Shown piece after piece: positions 9,499 through 20,725 of a stretch of DNA of 48,052 nt. Each line of letters begins with the position of its first letter. Positions within the stretch are counted from its first letter, which is position 1. The translations under genes were made by a program, and so were the position numbers. Below the pieces are notes generated by a model. The model ran no database searches and was not told the DNA's origin. It saw only the letters and a list, made by a program, of their open reading frames with translations. Where the stretch lies: contig CAMKSB010000001.1 in NCBI GenBank assembly GCA_946415335.1, forward strand, positions 1-48,052, read 5' to 3'. The stretch comes from an uncultured Clostridia bacterium. GTDB lineage: Bacteria > Bacillota > Clostridia > Oscillospirales > Acutalibacteraceae.

Positions 9499-9755
9499 AA
9501 GAACAGATTCAGCGCCAAAATCAACGTAACACCCGGAATGCCGCCGATTGCGGATAATAATACCGACAACAGACTGACAGGAATTGACACGCCGGTGAAT
9601 CCGGAGGTCAAATTGACCGCAAAGAGCATTCCCAGTCCAACTGCCATGCTTAACAGCGCCCGACGAAACGGGCGCTTGTTTTTTGCGATAAAATGGATGA
9701 CCGCGAACATCAACATCGTTCCCAACAAGATCAGCAACAATTCCCACCAAGGCAT
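9495..9755 (-). CDS. bofA: Pro-sigmaK processing inhibitor BofA family
   Basis: Small hydrophobic protein with 'LFAVN...G..IPVS.......GGIPGV'; sigmaE-type promoter upstream; GGAG spacing favours the ATG at 9755 over 9764. Confidence 0.8.
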   Translation of the reverse strand: MPWWELLLILLGTMLMFAVIHFIAKNKRPFRRALLSMAVGLGMLFAVNLTSGFTGVSIPVSLLSVLLSAIGGIPGVTLILALNLFF

Positions 9756-9772
9756 ATCAAACATCTCCGCAT

Positions 9773-9808
9773 AAAAAAATAGACCGCCGGAAACTCCGAC
9801 GGTCTATT
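9773..9808 (-). terminator. secG intrinsic terminator
   Basis: AATAGACCGTCGGA-GTT-TCCGGCGGTCTATT followed by a T run on the minus strand. Confidence 0.85.
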
Positions 9809-9834
9809 ATATGCTTTGTTTCTAAGGAAAATGC
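9806..9834 (-). promoter_or_regulatory. sigmaE-type promoter of bofA
   Basis: GCATTTT-N14-CATATAAT matches the B. subtilis sigmaE consensus; bofA is sigmaE-dependent in B. subtilis. Confidence 0.65.
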
Positions 9835-9836
9835 TA

Positions 9837-10091
9837 TTAACCGATCAGGTTATAATAGCTGAGTATGTTGAGCGCAATAACAAAGATAACGAATACCGCT
9901 GCAAATACCTTCGTCCAACGGGAGAGGAATGCGTCGATGGAGCGAGCCTTATTCTTGGAGAAATAAGAGTCAGCCGCACCGGTGACAACGCCGAGTCCCT
10001 GCTGGTTGCCTTCCTGAAGGATGATGACCACGATAATCGCGATTGATACAATTGCGAGCAAAATACCGAGTACAATACCCAAAGCGTTCAT
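9837..10091 (-). CDS. secG: Preprotein translocase subunit SecG
   Basis: Two TMs with ILQEG..GLG..TGA and 'D.FL.RWTK'; GAAAGGA RBS. Confidence 0.9.
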   Translation of the reverse strand: MNALGIVLGILLAIVSIAIIVVIILQEGNQQGLGVVTGAADSYFSKNKARSIDAFLSRWTKVFAAVFVIFVIALNILSYYNLIG

Positions 10092-10192
10092 TACAATCGT
10101 CCTTTCATTTGCGGAAAACCGCTGATATGCATAATTCAACTTATTTATACTAACACAGTTTTCAAATATTTGCAAGTGTTTTTAGAAATTTT

Positions 10193-12430
10193 TTATAACA
10201 AACTGAGCTGTTCATCATTGGAATCTTCGCTGGTCGGCAGAGCGCCCAGTGCCGGCAGGGATTTTGTGCGGTAACGCTGCGGCTTTTTGAAGGAGCCTTC
10301 CCTATATTCGGACAGTGAGAAAAGCCGGTGTCCTTTTTTGAGCTTCATAACCGATACGCCCTGTGTGGAACGGGTGGTTTTGAGCGCCAGCGCACCGGTA
10401 TGCACCAACAGCATTCTGCCGGAGGACGCGGTAAAGAGAACCTCCCTGTCCTCGTCGATCCAGAGCATGGCGGCAAGCGGATTTTTATCGGAGTATGCGC
10501 CGGTCAGCTTTTTGCGGTTGGTCTTGGTAGCGTATGCCTCCAGCGGAACTTTGGCAGCCTTGCCGTTTTCAAATGCAAAGAGCAAAATGCCCTTGTAATC
10601 CTTGGTGACAACCAGATAAACGGCGTTCTCATCCTCGTCCATGCCCAGCTTTGCAGCGACATATTCGCCGAGGACAGAAGTTTTGGTATCGGTAAAGTCA
10701 TTCGCCTTCGCCTTGTAGACCTGCGCCTTATCGGTGAAGAACAGCAAGTCGCAATTATTGTTGGCGGCGATCTCCTGAGTGACCTCGTCGCCTTCTTTGA
10801 GCTTATGGGCACCCATCATGCGCAAAGATTGCGTTTTAACCTTCTTGAAGTAGCCTTCCTTTGTAAAGAAGAAGGTACAGGGATAATCGGGTACCTCGTC
10901 AACCTCTTCCACATAGGCGGCAGTGTCTTCATAAATGATCATGCTCTTGCGCGGCTGACCATACTTATCGGCTACTGACTTGAGTTCCTTGACGATGATC
11001 GTCTTGACGCGCGATTTGCTCTTTAATATATCGTCCAGCTCGGCGATCTCGCGCTCTAAGTCCTCGATATCCTGCGTGCGCTTGAGAATATACTCGCGGT
11101 TGAGATGGCGCAGCTTGATCTCCGCCACATACTCCGCCTGTACCTGATCGATACCGAAGCCGATCATCAGGTTGGGGACAACCTCCGCTTCCTCGTCGGT
11201 CTCGCGGATGATCTTGATGGCTTTGTCGATGTCAAGCAGGATCTTTTCCAGACCTTTGAGCAAATGCAGCTTTTCCGCCTTTTTCGTACGGTCGTAGAAC
11301 GTGCGGCGCTTGACGCATTCGATACGGAAGGCGATCCATTCTTCGAGCAGTTCCCTGACGCCTAACACGCGCGGAACGCCGGCAATCAAGACGTTGAAGT
11401 TGCAGGCGTAGCTGTCCTCCAGCGTCGTGAGTTTGAACAGCTTCGCCATCAGCTTGTCCGGATCGGTGCCGCGTTTGAGGTCGATCGTGATTTTCAGACC
11501 GTCAATACCGGTTTCGTCACGGACGTCGGAGATCTCCCTGACCTTGCCCTGTTTGACAAGATCGATGATCTTTTCGATAATGACCTCACAGGTGGTCGAT
11601 GACGGGATCGCAAGCACGTCAACGCAGTTGTCGCTCTTGTCATAGACATATTTTGCGCGTAGGCGGATGCTGCCCTTGCCGGTCTCGTAGACCTGCTGAA
11701 AGGCTTTTTCGTCGTAGATGATCTGGCAGCCGCCGCTGAAATCGGGCGCAGGAAGCGTCGAGAAGATATCGTGATCCGGGTCGCGGATCAGTGCTGCGGT
11801 GGTTTCGCAGATCTCACGGAGATTGAAGGAACAAATATTGGAAGCCATACCGACAGCGATACCGGTGTTGGCGTTCACCAGCACCGACGGAAAAACAGCC
11901 GGCAGCAAGGTCGGCTCCTTCATCGTATTATCGTAGTTGTCGACAAAATCGACGGTGTCCTTGTCGATATCGCGGAACAGCTCGCTGCAGATCGGCGCAA
12001 GCTTTGCCTCGGTGTATCGGGAAGCAGCCCAAGCCATGTCGCGGCTGTAGAACTTACCGAAGTTACCTTTGGAATCGACATAAGGATGCAGCAGCGCCTC
12101 ATAGCCGCGCGACAGGCGAACCATTGTATCGTAAATGGCGGAATCGCCGTGCGGATTGAGTTTCATGGTCGCGCCGACGATATTCGCCGACTTGGTTCTC
12201 GCGCCGGTGAGCAAGCCCATCTTGTACATGGTATAGAGCAGCTTGCGGTGAGACGGCTTGAAACCGTCGATCTCAGGGATCGCGCGGGAGAGAATGACGC
12301 TCATCGCGTAGGGCATGAAATTTTCACGGATGGTGGAGACAATCGGCTGCTCGACCACCTCGCCGGCGCCGTTGATGACGCCCTTGATCTTCTCCGTCTT
12401 AGGAGCCTTAGATGTTTTCTTTCTGGGCAA
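10193..12430 (-). CDS. Type IIA topoisomerase subunit A (ParC-like, no GyrA-box)
   Basis: RAIPEIDGFKPSHR, PHGDSAIYD, AASRYTEA (catalytic Tyr) and GIAVGMAS motifs; beta-pinwheel CTD; TTG start. Confidence 0.92.
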   Translation of the reverse strand: MPRKKTSKAPKTEKIKGVINGAGEVVEQPIVSTIRENFMPYAMSVILSRAIPEIDGFKPSHRKLLYTMYKMGLLTGARTKSANIVGATMKLNPHGDSAIYDTMVRLSRGYEALLHPYVDSKGNFGKFYSRDMAWAASRYTEAKLAPICSELFRDIDKDTVDFVDNYDNTMKEPTLLPAVFPSVLVNANTGIAVGMASNICSFNLREICETTAALIRDPDHDIFSTLPAPDFSGGCQIIYDEKAFQQVYETGKGSIRLRAKYVYDKSDNCVDVLAIPSSTTCEVIIEKIIDLVKQGKVREISDVRDETGIDGLKITIDLKRGTDPDKLMAKLFKLTTLEDSYACNFNVLIAGVPRVLGVRELLEEWIAFRIECVKRRTFYDRTKKAEKLHLLKGLEKILLDIDKAIKIIRETDEEAEVVPNLMIGFGIDQVQAEYVAEIKLRHLNREYILKRTQDIEDLEREIAELDDILKSKSRVKTIIVKELKSVADKYGQPRKSMIIYEDTAAYVEEVDEVPDYPCTFFFTKEGYFKKVKTQSLRMMGAHKLKEGDEVTQEIAANNNCDLLFFTDKAQVYKAKANDFTDTKTSVLGEYVAAKLGMDEDENAVYLVVTKDYKGILLFAFENGKAAKVPLEAYATKTNRKKLTGAYSDKNPLAAMLWIDEDREVLFTASSGRMLLVHTGALALKTTRSTQGVSVMKLKKGHRLFSLSEYREGSFKKPQRYRTKSLPALGALPTSEDSNDEQLSLL

Positions 12431-12444
12431 TGATCGTCACCTCC

Positions 12445-14430
12445 TCAACTGACGTCCAGATTGTCGATATACTCGCTGCCGTGCTCAACGATATAGTCCT
12501 TGCGCGCCTGCAGATTATTTCCGATCAGGATGTCGAAGATCTCTGCGGTCTGCGCCGCGTCGTCCGGCATGACCTTAATCAGCCGGCGCGTCTGCGGATT
12601 CATGGTCGTGAGGTTCATCATGTCGGGCTCGTTCTCACCGAGACCTTTACTGCGCTGAATGGTGAACTTTTCCTTGCCGATCTCCGCGATGAATTTATCC
12701 TTCTCTATCTCGTCATAGGCGAAATAGACGTTGTTTTTGGTGGTGATCTCGTACAGCGGAGATTCCGCGATGAATACCTTGCCCTCGCGGATCAGGGTAG
12801 GCACCAGACGGTAGATCATCGTCAGCAGCATCGTGCGGATATGGAAGCCGTCGACGTCCGCATCGGTACAGATGATGATCTTGTTCCAGCGCAGCGCGTC
12901 CATATCAAAGGTAGCGAGGTTTTTGTTCGCCTTGGACTTGACCTCGACGCCGCAGCCGAGCACCTTGAGCAGATCGGTGATGATGTCGCTCTTGAAAATG
13001 CGGTCGTAATCGACCTTCAGGCAATTCAGGATCTTGCCGCGGATGGGCATGATCGCCTGAAAATCGGGATTTCTCGCCTGCACGCAGGCGCCCTTTGCGG
13101 AGTCACCCTCCACGATAAATAATTCTCTTACAGAAATATCCTTACTGCGGCAATCGACGAATTTTTCAACGCGGTTCGTCATATCGAGATTGCCGGAGAG
13201 CTTCTTTTTGATATTCAGACGGGTTTTTTCCGCGTTTTCGCGACTGCGCTTGTTGACAAGCACCTGGTTGGCGATTTTCTCCGCTTCCAGCGGATTCTCG
13301 ATGAAATATACCTCGATACTCTGGCGCAGGAAGGTGGTCATCGCGTCCTGAATACCCTTGTTGGTGACAGCTTTCTTGGTCTGGTTCGCGTAGGATGCCA
13401 CACTGGAAAAGGATGAGATCACGCAGACAAGGCAGTCCTGAATATCCACATATTTGATTTTGCTTTCGGTTTTATTATACTTGTTATTCGCTTTCAGATA
13501 GCTGTCTATCTGATAGGTAAAGGCGTTCTGAACCGCCTTGTCAGGCGCGCCGCCGTGTTCGAGCCAGCTGGAGTTGTGGTAATACTCCGTGGTACTGGTT
13601 TTGTTGGAAAAGGCGACGGCGATATTCATCTTGCATTTATATTCCGGCTTGTCTTCACGGTCGCGCGTCATGACCTCGGTTTTCCAGTTCTGGACAGAGG
13701 TCAAGCCCTCTCCGCCGATCAAAGCGGCGACGTGGTCGACAATTCCGTTGGCATACATGAAATTGGTGGTATCGAAACTCTTGCCGTTCTGGTTGCGGAA
13801 AATGAATTCTACGCCGGCGTTGACGATCGCCTGGCGCTTCATCACGTCCAAAAAGTACGTCGGCTGAATGTCGATGTCCGTGAACACTTCCAGATCCGGC
13901 TTCCAGCGGATACGGGTACCGGTGTCTTTTTTATTGTACGGCTCCTTTTTGAGCCCGCCGATATTCTTACCCTTTTCAAAATGAAGCGTATAGCGCATAC
14001 CGTCGCGGCGTATATCGACGTCCATATACTCTGAGCTGTACTGTGTGGAACACAGACCGAGACCGTTCATGCCGAGGGAAAACTCATAACTCTCCCCCTC
14101 GTTGTTATTGTACTTGCCGCCGGCATACATCTCACAGAATACAAGCTCCCAGTTATAACGATTTTCCACCTTGTTGAATTCGACCGGAATACCTCTTCCG
14201 AAATCCTCCACCTCGATAGAACCGTCCGCATAGCGGGTGACGATGATTTTTTTGCCGTAGCCCTCTCTCGCCTCGTCAATGGAGTTGGAAAGGATCTCAA
14301 AAACCGAGTGCTGACAGCCTTCGATATCATCAGAACCGAAAATAACGGCAGGACGTTTGCGCACCCTGTCTTCATCTTTCAGAATAACAATACTGGAATC
14401 ATCATATTCTGTCTTTTTCTTCGTTGCCAT
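12445..14430 (-). CDS. Type IIA topoisomerase subunit B (GyrB/ParE-like)
   Basis: EILSNSIDE, DFGRGIP, VEGDSA, PIRGKILN, TDADVDG and KGLGE motifs. Confidence 0.93.
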   Translation of the reverse strand: MATKKKTEYDDSSIVILKDEDRVRKRPAVIFGSDDIEGCQHSVFEILSNSIDEAREGYGKKIIVTRYADGSIEVEDFGRGIPVEFNKVENRYNWELVFCEMYAGGKYNNNEGESYEFSLGMNGLGLCSTQYSSEYMDVDIRRDGMRYTLHFEKGKNIGGLKKEPYNKKDTGTRIRWKPDLEVFTDIDIQPTYFLDVMKRQAIVNAGVEFIFRNQNGKSFDTTNFMYANGIVDHVAALIGGEGLTSVQNWKTEVMTRDREDKPEYKCKMNIAVAFSNKTSTTEYYHNSSWLEHGGAPDKAVQNAFTYQIDSYLKANNKYNKTESKIKYVDIQDCLVCVISSFSSVASYANQTKKAVTNKGIQDAMTTFLRQSIEVYFIENPLEAEKIANQVLVNKRSRENAEKTRLNIKKKLSGNLDMTNRVEKFVDCRSKDISVRELFIVEGDSAKGACVQARNPDFQAIMPIRGKILNCLKVDYDRIFKSDIITDLLKVLGCGVEVKSKANKNLATFDMDALRWNKIIICTDADVDGFHIRTMLLTMIYRLVPTLIREGKVFIAESPLYEITTKNNVYFAYDEIEKDKFIAEIGKEKFTIQRSKGLGENEPDMMNLTTMNPQTRRLIKVMPDDAAQTAEIFDILIGNNLQARKDYIVEHGSEYIDNLDVS

Positions 14431-14447
14431 TCTATACTTCCTTTTGT

Positions 14448-16406
<1,959 letters not shown>

Positions 16407-16407
16407 T

Positions 16408-17100
16408 TTAATAATATTCCATTAATCCGCTCTCACGGAGAGACAAATAACGGCTGCCACCGATGATAAAATGATCGACCAAATTGACGCCAATGCCATT
16501 AAGCGTATCATACAGCCGTCTGGTAACCTGCAGATCAGACTGAGACGGAAGTATATTACCGCTGGGGTGATTATGCGCCACAAACGCCGTTTTGCTGTTG
16601 TGACGGATGGCAAGCTCAACGATCTTGCGAATAGGCATTTCCGCGACGGCGATGGAGCCCTTTGCCACAACGTCAAAATATATCATGCAGCCCTTGGCGT
16701 CAACCAACAGCAATACGACGGCTTCAGCGGTACGTCCGATGAACTTCTGTTTCATCCATTCGCCGAGGTTATCCAAATCGACCTCACTGCTGGTGGAATG
16801 AAGCGATTCATAATACAGCCGTGACATTTCGGGAATCATTTTCAGATAGGTTGCCGCCGTTTCAGACATATGAAAATCGCGCTGCAATTCATCTACCGGT
16901 GCGTTGCAAACGCCCGCTATCGTAAAATACCGTTCGAGCAGTTTGTGCGCCAATTCATTCGTATCCTTACGCGGAATCGCGTAGAAAAGAAACATCTCCA
17001 GCGCCTGATGTTCCTCAAAACCATCAAAACCGTTCTCGATAAAGCGTTTGCGCATGCGTTCTCTGTGTCCGGCATGAACAGAATCCTTTGATGCAGCCAT
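16408..17100 (-). CDS. radC: RadC/JAB-domain protein
   Basis: HAGHRERMR and AHNHPSG...PSQSD...LVDHFII motifs. Confidence 0.92.
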   Translation of the reverse strand: MAASKDSVHAGHRERMRKRFIENGFDGFEEHQALEMFLFYAIPRKDTNELAHKLLERYFTIAGVCNAPVDELQRDFHMSETAATYLKMIPEMSRLYYESLHSTSSEVDLDNLGEWMKQKFIGRTAEAVVLLLVDAKGCMIYFDVVAKGSIAVAEMPIRKIVELAIRHNSKTAFVAHNHPSGNILPSQSDLQVTRRLYDTLNGIGVNLVDHFIIGGSRYLSLRESGLMEYY

Positions 17101-17118
17101 AATAATTTCCCCCGGGGT

Positions 17119-17799
17119 TTATCCCTCTTTGACGCCGTACTGCTCATAATAGGCGTCAATCGCTGCCTTGAGCTTGTCATCAATGATGATTTTTCCTTTG
17201 TATTCTCTGTTGTACAGATGCTCGACAACCTCCGCCATGGTGACGATCGCGGTGGTCTTTAAGCCGTATTTTTCTTCGATCTCACTCAGCGCGCTTTTCG
17301 CTCCCTGTCCTCTTTCCATACGGTCAACGGAAACGACCAGACCGACGGGATTTACATCTCCCTGCGCCTTGATGATCGGCAAGGTCTCTTCGATGGAGGT
17401 ACCGGCTGTAGTGACATCCTCGATAATAACAACCTTATCGCCGTCATTGATGGGACTACCGAGCAGAATGCCCTTGTCGCCGTGATCCTTGACTTCCTTG
17501 CGGTTTGAGCAGTAGCGGATGTCGGTATCGTATTTCTCGCTGATAGCGATGGTCGCAGCTACGGAAAGCGGAATGCCCTTGTAAGCAGGTCCGAACAGAA
17601 CGTCAAAATCCAACCCGAAGGTGTTGTGGATCGCCTCGGCGTAATAAGCGCCCAGTTTTCTGAGCTGCGCACCGGTTCTGTAAAAGCCGGTGTTGACGAA
17701 AAACGGCGTCTTTCTGCCGCTTTTGGTGACAAAATCACCGAATTTGAGCACCTGACAATCGACCATAAATTCAATGAATTCTCTTTTATATGCTTCCAT
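17119..17799 (-). CDS. pyrE: Orotate phosphoribosyltransferase
   Basis: FVTKSGR, GPAYKGIP, RKEVKDHG and IEDVTTAGTS motifs; GGAGG RBS before the ATG at 17799. Confidence 0.96.
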   Translation of the reverse strand: MEAYKREFIEFMVDCQVLKFGDFVTKSGRKTPFFVNTGFYRTGAQLRKLGAYYAEAIHNTFGLDFDVLFGPAYKGIPLSVAATIAISEKYDTDIRYCSNRKEVKDHGDKGILLGSPINDGDKVVIIEDVTTAGTSIEETLPIIKAQGDVNPVGLVVSVDRMERGQGAKSALSEIEEKYGLKTTAIVTMAEVVEHLYNREYKGKIIIDDKLKAAIDAYYEQYGVKEG

Positions 17800-17907
17800 A
17801 ATAACCTCCAGAATTTCAAATATTTGTTTGCATACTATTTCATTTAATTTTAACACACAAACATCTGAATGTCTAGAAAATTTACAAGCCTGTAATCACT
17901 TAACGAT

Positions 17908-17942
17908 AAAAAACCGGCTCGCGTCGGTCAGACGGAGCCGGT
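17908..17942 (-). terminator. Intrinsic terminator
   Basis: ACCGGCTCCGTC...GACGCGAGCCGGT stem followed by a T run on the minus strand. Confidence 0.75.
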
Positions 17943-17946
17943 GGTT

Positions 17947-18342
17947 TTATTGTCTCGTAAAGGTTATGTCGTAATCGTTGTAGGTCACGATAATAAATTC
18001 ACTGTCGCCGGATTTTTTGACCTCGAACTGCGACTGCGTTTCGTCGTCAAAAAGGACGTTGATCTTGTCGCCCTCCGGCTTGTAGGTTCCGGAATGGGTG
18101 CCGTCCATTTCGTTGCCCGGAGACATCCAAAAGCTGAATGTGCCGTCGGAATGGAAAGTCAGCGTACCCTGATAGTTGTCGTAGCGGGTATTGTAAACTT
18201 CCTTGAGCGATGCTTCATCGCTGGAAGCATTTTTGGCAGACATAGGGATCCATGTGGATTCACCAAGCTCAATACTGCCGGAGCAGCCGCCGCAGATCAC
18301 CGCTATGAAGAGGATCATTACTCCGCATACTGCTTTGCGCAT
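17947..18342 (-). CDS. Hypothetical lipoprotein, beta-barrel (lipocalin-like) domain
   Basis: Lipobox-like ICGGC; TLTFHSDGTF...SGTY; paralogous to the upstream gene. Confidence 0.65.
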   Translation of the reverse strand: MRKAVCGVMILFIAVICGGCSGSIELGESTWIPMSAKNASSDEASLKEVYNTRYDNYQGTLTFHSDGTFSFWMSPGNEMDGTHSGTYKPEGDKINVLFDDETQSQFEVKKSGDSEFIIVTYNDYDITFTRQ

Positions 18343-18352
18343 GACAGGCACC

Positions 18353-19003
18353 TCAATTCTTTCCGAAATAAACGATACAGTCGCCGTAGATGACCTGGAA
18401 GGACACCGGCGTACCGTCGTCCCATTCGGTAACCTCGATTTTCATATTTTTATCGTTCGTATAGGTGGCGTGGATCTTATCTCCCTGTACCACATAGGCG
18501 CCGGAATCCGCTTCTCCTGCTGTAAGGGTATCGCGGAAGGTACCATCGCTGTTAAAGGTCAGCGTGCTGTTGGCATAATTGCTGCCGAACGCCTCTCTGA
18601 GCGAAACCTCCTCGCCGGTGTGGACGTCCTTGGCGGTCAGGCTCGGAATATAGGTGGCGTTGAAATAGCTGACCGGAACGCCTTCATCAGTGGGAACCTG
18701 TACGTCGATCTGCGGCTCTACGCGGGAAACGCCGGTTTCCGCAGGTGCTGTCGTTGCCGCTTCCGTAACGGGCGAGGCGGTTGTCTGACCTTCTGAAGCC
18801 GCTGCCGTCGTTACCGCGACAGTCGTTGCTTCTGTCGGGTTGGTCATCACCTGCGTGGCTTCCTGTTTATTGTTCATTCCCGGAATGCCTCCGTTCATCA
18901 GAAAAAACACGCCGGTGACGATCGCCGCGACGACGACCACTGCCACAATAATCAAAATAATGAGCGGCTTATTGGAGCCCTTCTGACTGTGTTTACCTGC
19001 CAT
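18353..19003 (-). CDS. Hypothetical membrane-anchored protein with T/A-rich linker and beta-barrel domain
   Basis: N-terminal TM, T/A/E/P-rich linker, TLTFNSDGTF...SGAY. Confidence 0.65.
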   Translation of the reverse strand: MAGKHSQKGSNKPLIILIIVAVVVVAAIVTGVFFLMNGGIPGMNNKQEATQVMTNPTEATTVAVTTAAASEGQTTASPVTEAATTAPAETGVSRVEPQIDVQVPTDEGVPVSYFNATYIPSLTAKDVHTGEEVSLREAFGSNYANSTLTFNSDGTFRDTLTAGEADSGAYVVQGDKIHATYTNDKNMKIEVTEWDDGTPVSFQVIYGDCIVYFGKN

Positions 19004-19965
19004 TATTGTTTTTCTCCTTCCTCTGCCTCCTGCTTCATGCGCAGCAGAACGCTTCTTTTGACCATCTTGCCCTTGTAATAGATATACTCGTCGCCGTCGG
19101 CGCTTTCATCTATTTCGAGCTTTTTCAGTTCTTCATCTACCGGAACGGTCGCCTTTTTGCGCTGCTCCAGCTCAAGACGCTTCTCTTCAATTTTCTTATC
19201 GACCGCCTTGCCCTGAGAGGACTTGTCTGTTACCATCGCGAACATCCGCTTATAGACGGCTGAATTGATGATAAACGCCGCAACAGACGGTACAACAAGT
19301 AATCCGAGGACGACGGTGGCGATCATCAAGGCGACGACATTGCCGCCGCAGCACATCAGGACAGATGAACAAATCACCATGAGCAAGAACAAGCCAAAGG
19401 TGGCAATCAAGTTGGATTTCAACTCGCCGAAGCTCATGAGCAGGCTGTTTCTGTAAATGGCGCCGATGGACAAATCAAAAGTGACCGTCATAAGCGGCAC
19501 ATAAAAGAAGAAGAACATCAACACGATCGCTATCAGGATACATGTCGCCATCGCCGCGTAATAGGCGCTGTGGTTCCTGCCTAACTGAAAATAAATGGAA
19601 ATGGAAGATGAGGAAAAAAAGACAGCGACGAAAAATAACAGTCCGTGGATCAAAAACCTGCCGAAGTTTTCCTTGACTGCCGCCTTAAAGGTACGAAAAA
19701 CATCGATGTTTTCTTCTCCCATTGCAATTCCGAGCGCAACCTTGACAACGCCGGCGTAAAACGGTGCCGCCGGAATGATCGCGAGCATCAAAATAAAAGG
19801 AAGATTCCAGCCGGTCAGCGTATTGACGGCATAAAAAATACCGAGAAAGACTGCAGCAGGAACCGCAAACAGGACATTGGTAAACAGCAGTTTCGGAAAT
19901 CCGTGAAACAGCCGGCTGAATACTCCTGCGATCGGCAGGGATGGTGTAGCGTTATCGTTCGCCAT
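19003..19965 (-). CDS. YesL/DUF624-like membrane protein
   Basis: Multi-TM with 'F..FK.AVKENF' and 'IYRNSLL'; GGAGG RBS before the ATG at 19965. Confidence 0.65.
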   Translation of the reverse strand: MANDNATPSLPIAGVFSRLFHGFPKLLFTNVLFAVPAAVFLGIFYAVNTLTGWNLPFILMLAIIPAAPFYAGVVKVALGIAMGEENIDVFRTFKAAVKENFGRFLIHGLLFFVAVFFSSSSISIYFQLGRNHSAYYAAMATCILIAIVLMFFFFYVPLMTVTFDLSIGAIYRNSLLMSFGELKSNLIATFGLFLLMVICSSVLMCCGGNVVALMIATVVLGLLVVPSVAAFIINSAVYKRMFAMVTDKSSQGKAVDKKIEEKRLELEQRKKATVPVDEELKKLEIDESADGDEYIYYKGKMVKRSVLLRMKQEAEEGEKQ

Positions 19966-19985
19966 GATAGCCTCCAGTGAGATAC

Positions 19986-20657
19986 CTACGTAAAATGAAA
20001 AGCGCCCGCAAACAGCGTCCAAAGAACCGTATCGAGCAACGCGGCGCAAAAGGTCATGATCAGCGCCGAAAGAAAGCGGGAACTATAGGTGCGCAGCCGC
20101 TTCAGCGCGGACTGCGACGGGGACTCTCGTCCGATGATCAATAAGAATTGATCTTTTGAAAAATGAAACGTGTGCGACGCGAATACAACAAGCGCCACAC
20201 AGAATAAAAAGGTTCCGGGAAGAAGCACCAACAGGTAAAAGCCCATGCCGCCGACGCCGTTGTTCAGAAACAGCGAAGCGGCTGTCAATCCGGTGCCAAA
20301 GCCCTTGAATAATACAATAAAAGCCCCGAACGGAATGCCCCAGGGAGCTGTTCCGAATAGGTAAACCGCTGTCAGAAACAGGAAATCGGACGCAAAACAG
20401 GCGCAGAATACGCCAAGCGCGCCCTTGCTGAGCCGTTCGCTCAGATTCGTCGTAAAGAGAAAATCCAGCGATTGCAGAAAACCGCTGTCGGCGCTTCCGG
20501 CACAGAATGCACCGAAAATCAATCCCGTCAACAACAGGAGCACGCACAGCATGGCAACGCCGTAACGGCGGAAGATGCCGCGGAAATCCGGAAGCCGCAG
20601 GCTGTGAGGCGAGCGGCTTCTGGCTGGTTTTCTAAAAGTAAATACAAAGCCTTTCAT
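19986..20657 (-). CDS. spoIIM: Stage II sporulation protein M-like membrane protein
   Basis: 'GIPF....V.FKGFGTG.TA...G..G.....LVLLP' pattern; sigmaE promoter upstream. Confidence 0.7.
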   Translation of the reverse strand: MKGFVFTFRKPARSRSPHSLRLPDFRGIFRRYGVAMLCVLLLLTGLIFGAFCAGSADSGFLQSLDFLFTTNLSERLSKGALGVFCACFASDFLFLTAVYLFGTAPWGIPFGAFIVLFKGFGTGLTAASLFLNNGVGGMGFYLLVLLPGTFLFCVALVVFASHTFHFSKDQFLLIIGRESPSQSALKRLRTYSSRFLSALIMTFCAALLDTVLWTLFAGAFHFT

Positions 20658-20688
20658 CCAAACATTCCTTTCTTTGCTTGTCCGTTAC

Positions 20689-20717
20689 AGCTTATGCGGA
20701 ATGTCGGATTTTTATGC
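20689..20717 (-). promoter_or_regulatory. sigmaE-type promoter of spoIIM
   Basis: GCATAAA-N14-CATAAGCT. Confidence 0.7.
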
Positions 20718-20725
20718 CTGGTCTA

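Noticed and set aside
16408-17100. radC as a mobile-element or anti-restriction marker
   Set aside because: It is the full-length chromosomal type with the N-terminal HhH region, in a housekeeping operon.
17800-17905. PyrR attenuator before pyrE, or LexA box for radC-uvrB
   Set aside because: No PyrR-binding loop or terminator in the leader, and no GAAC-N4-GTTC seen in the intergenic sequences.
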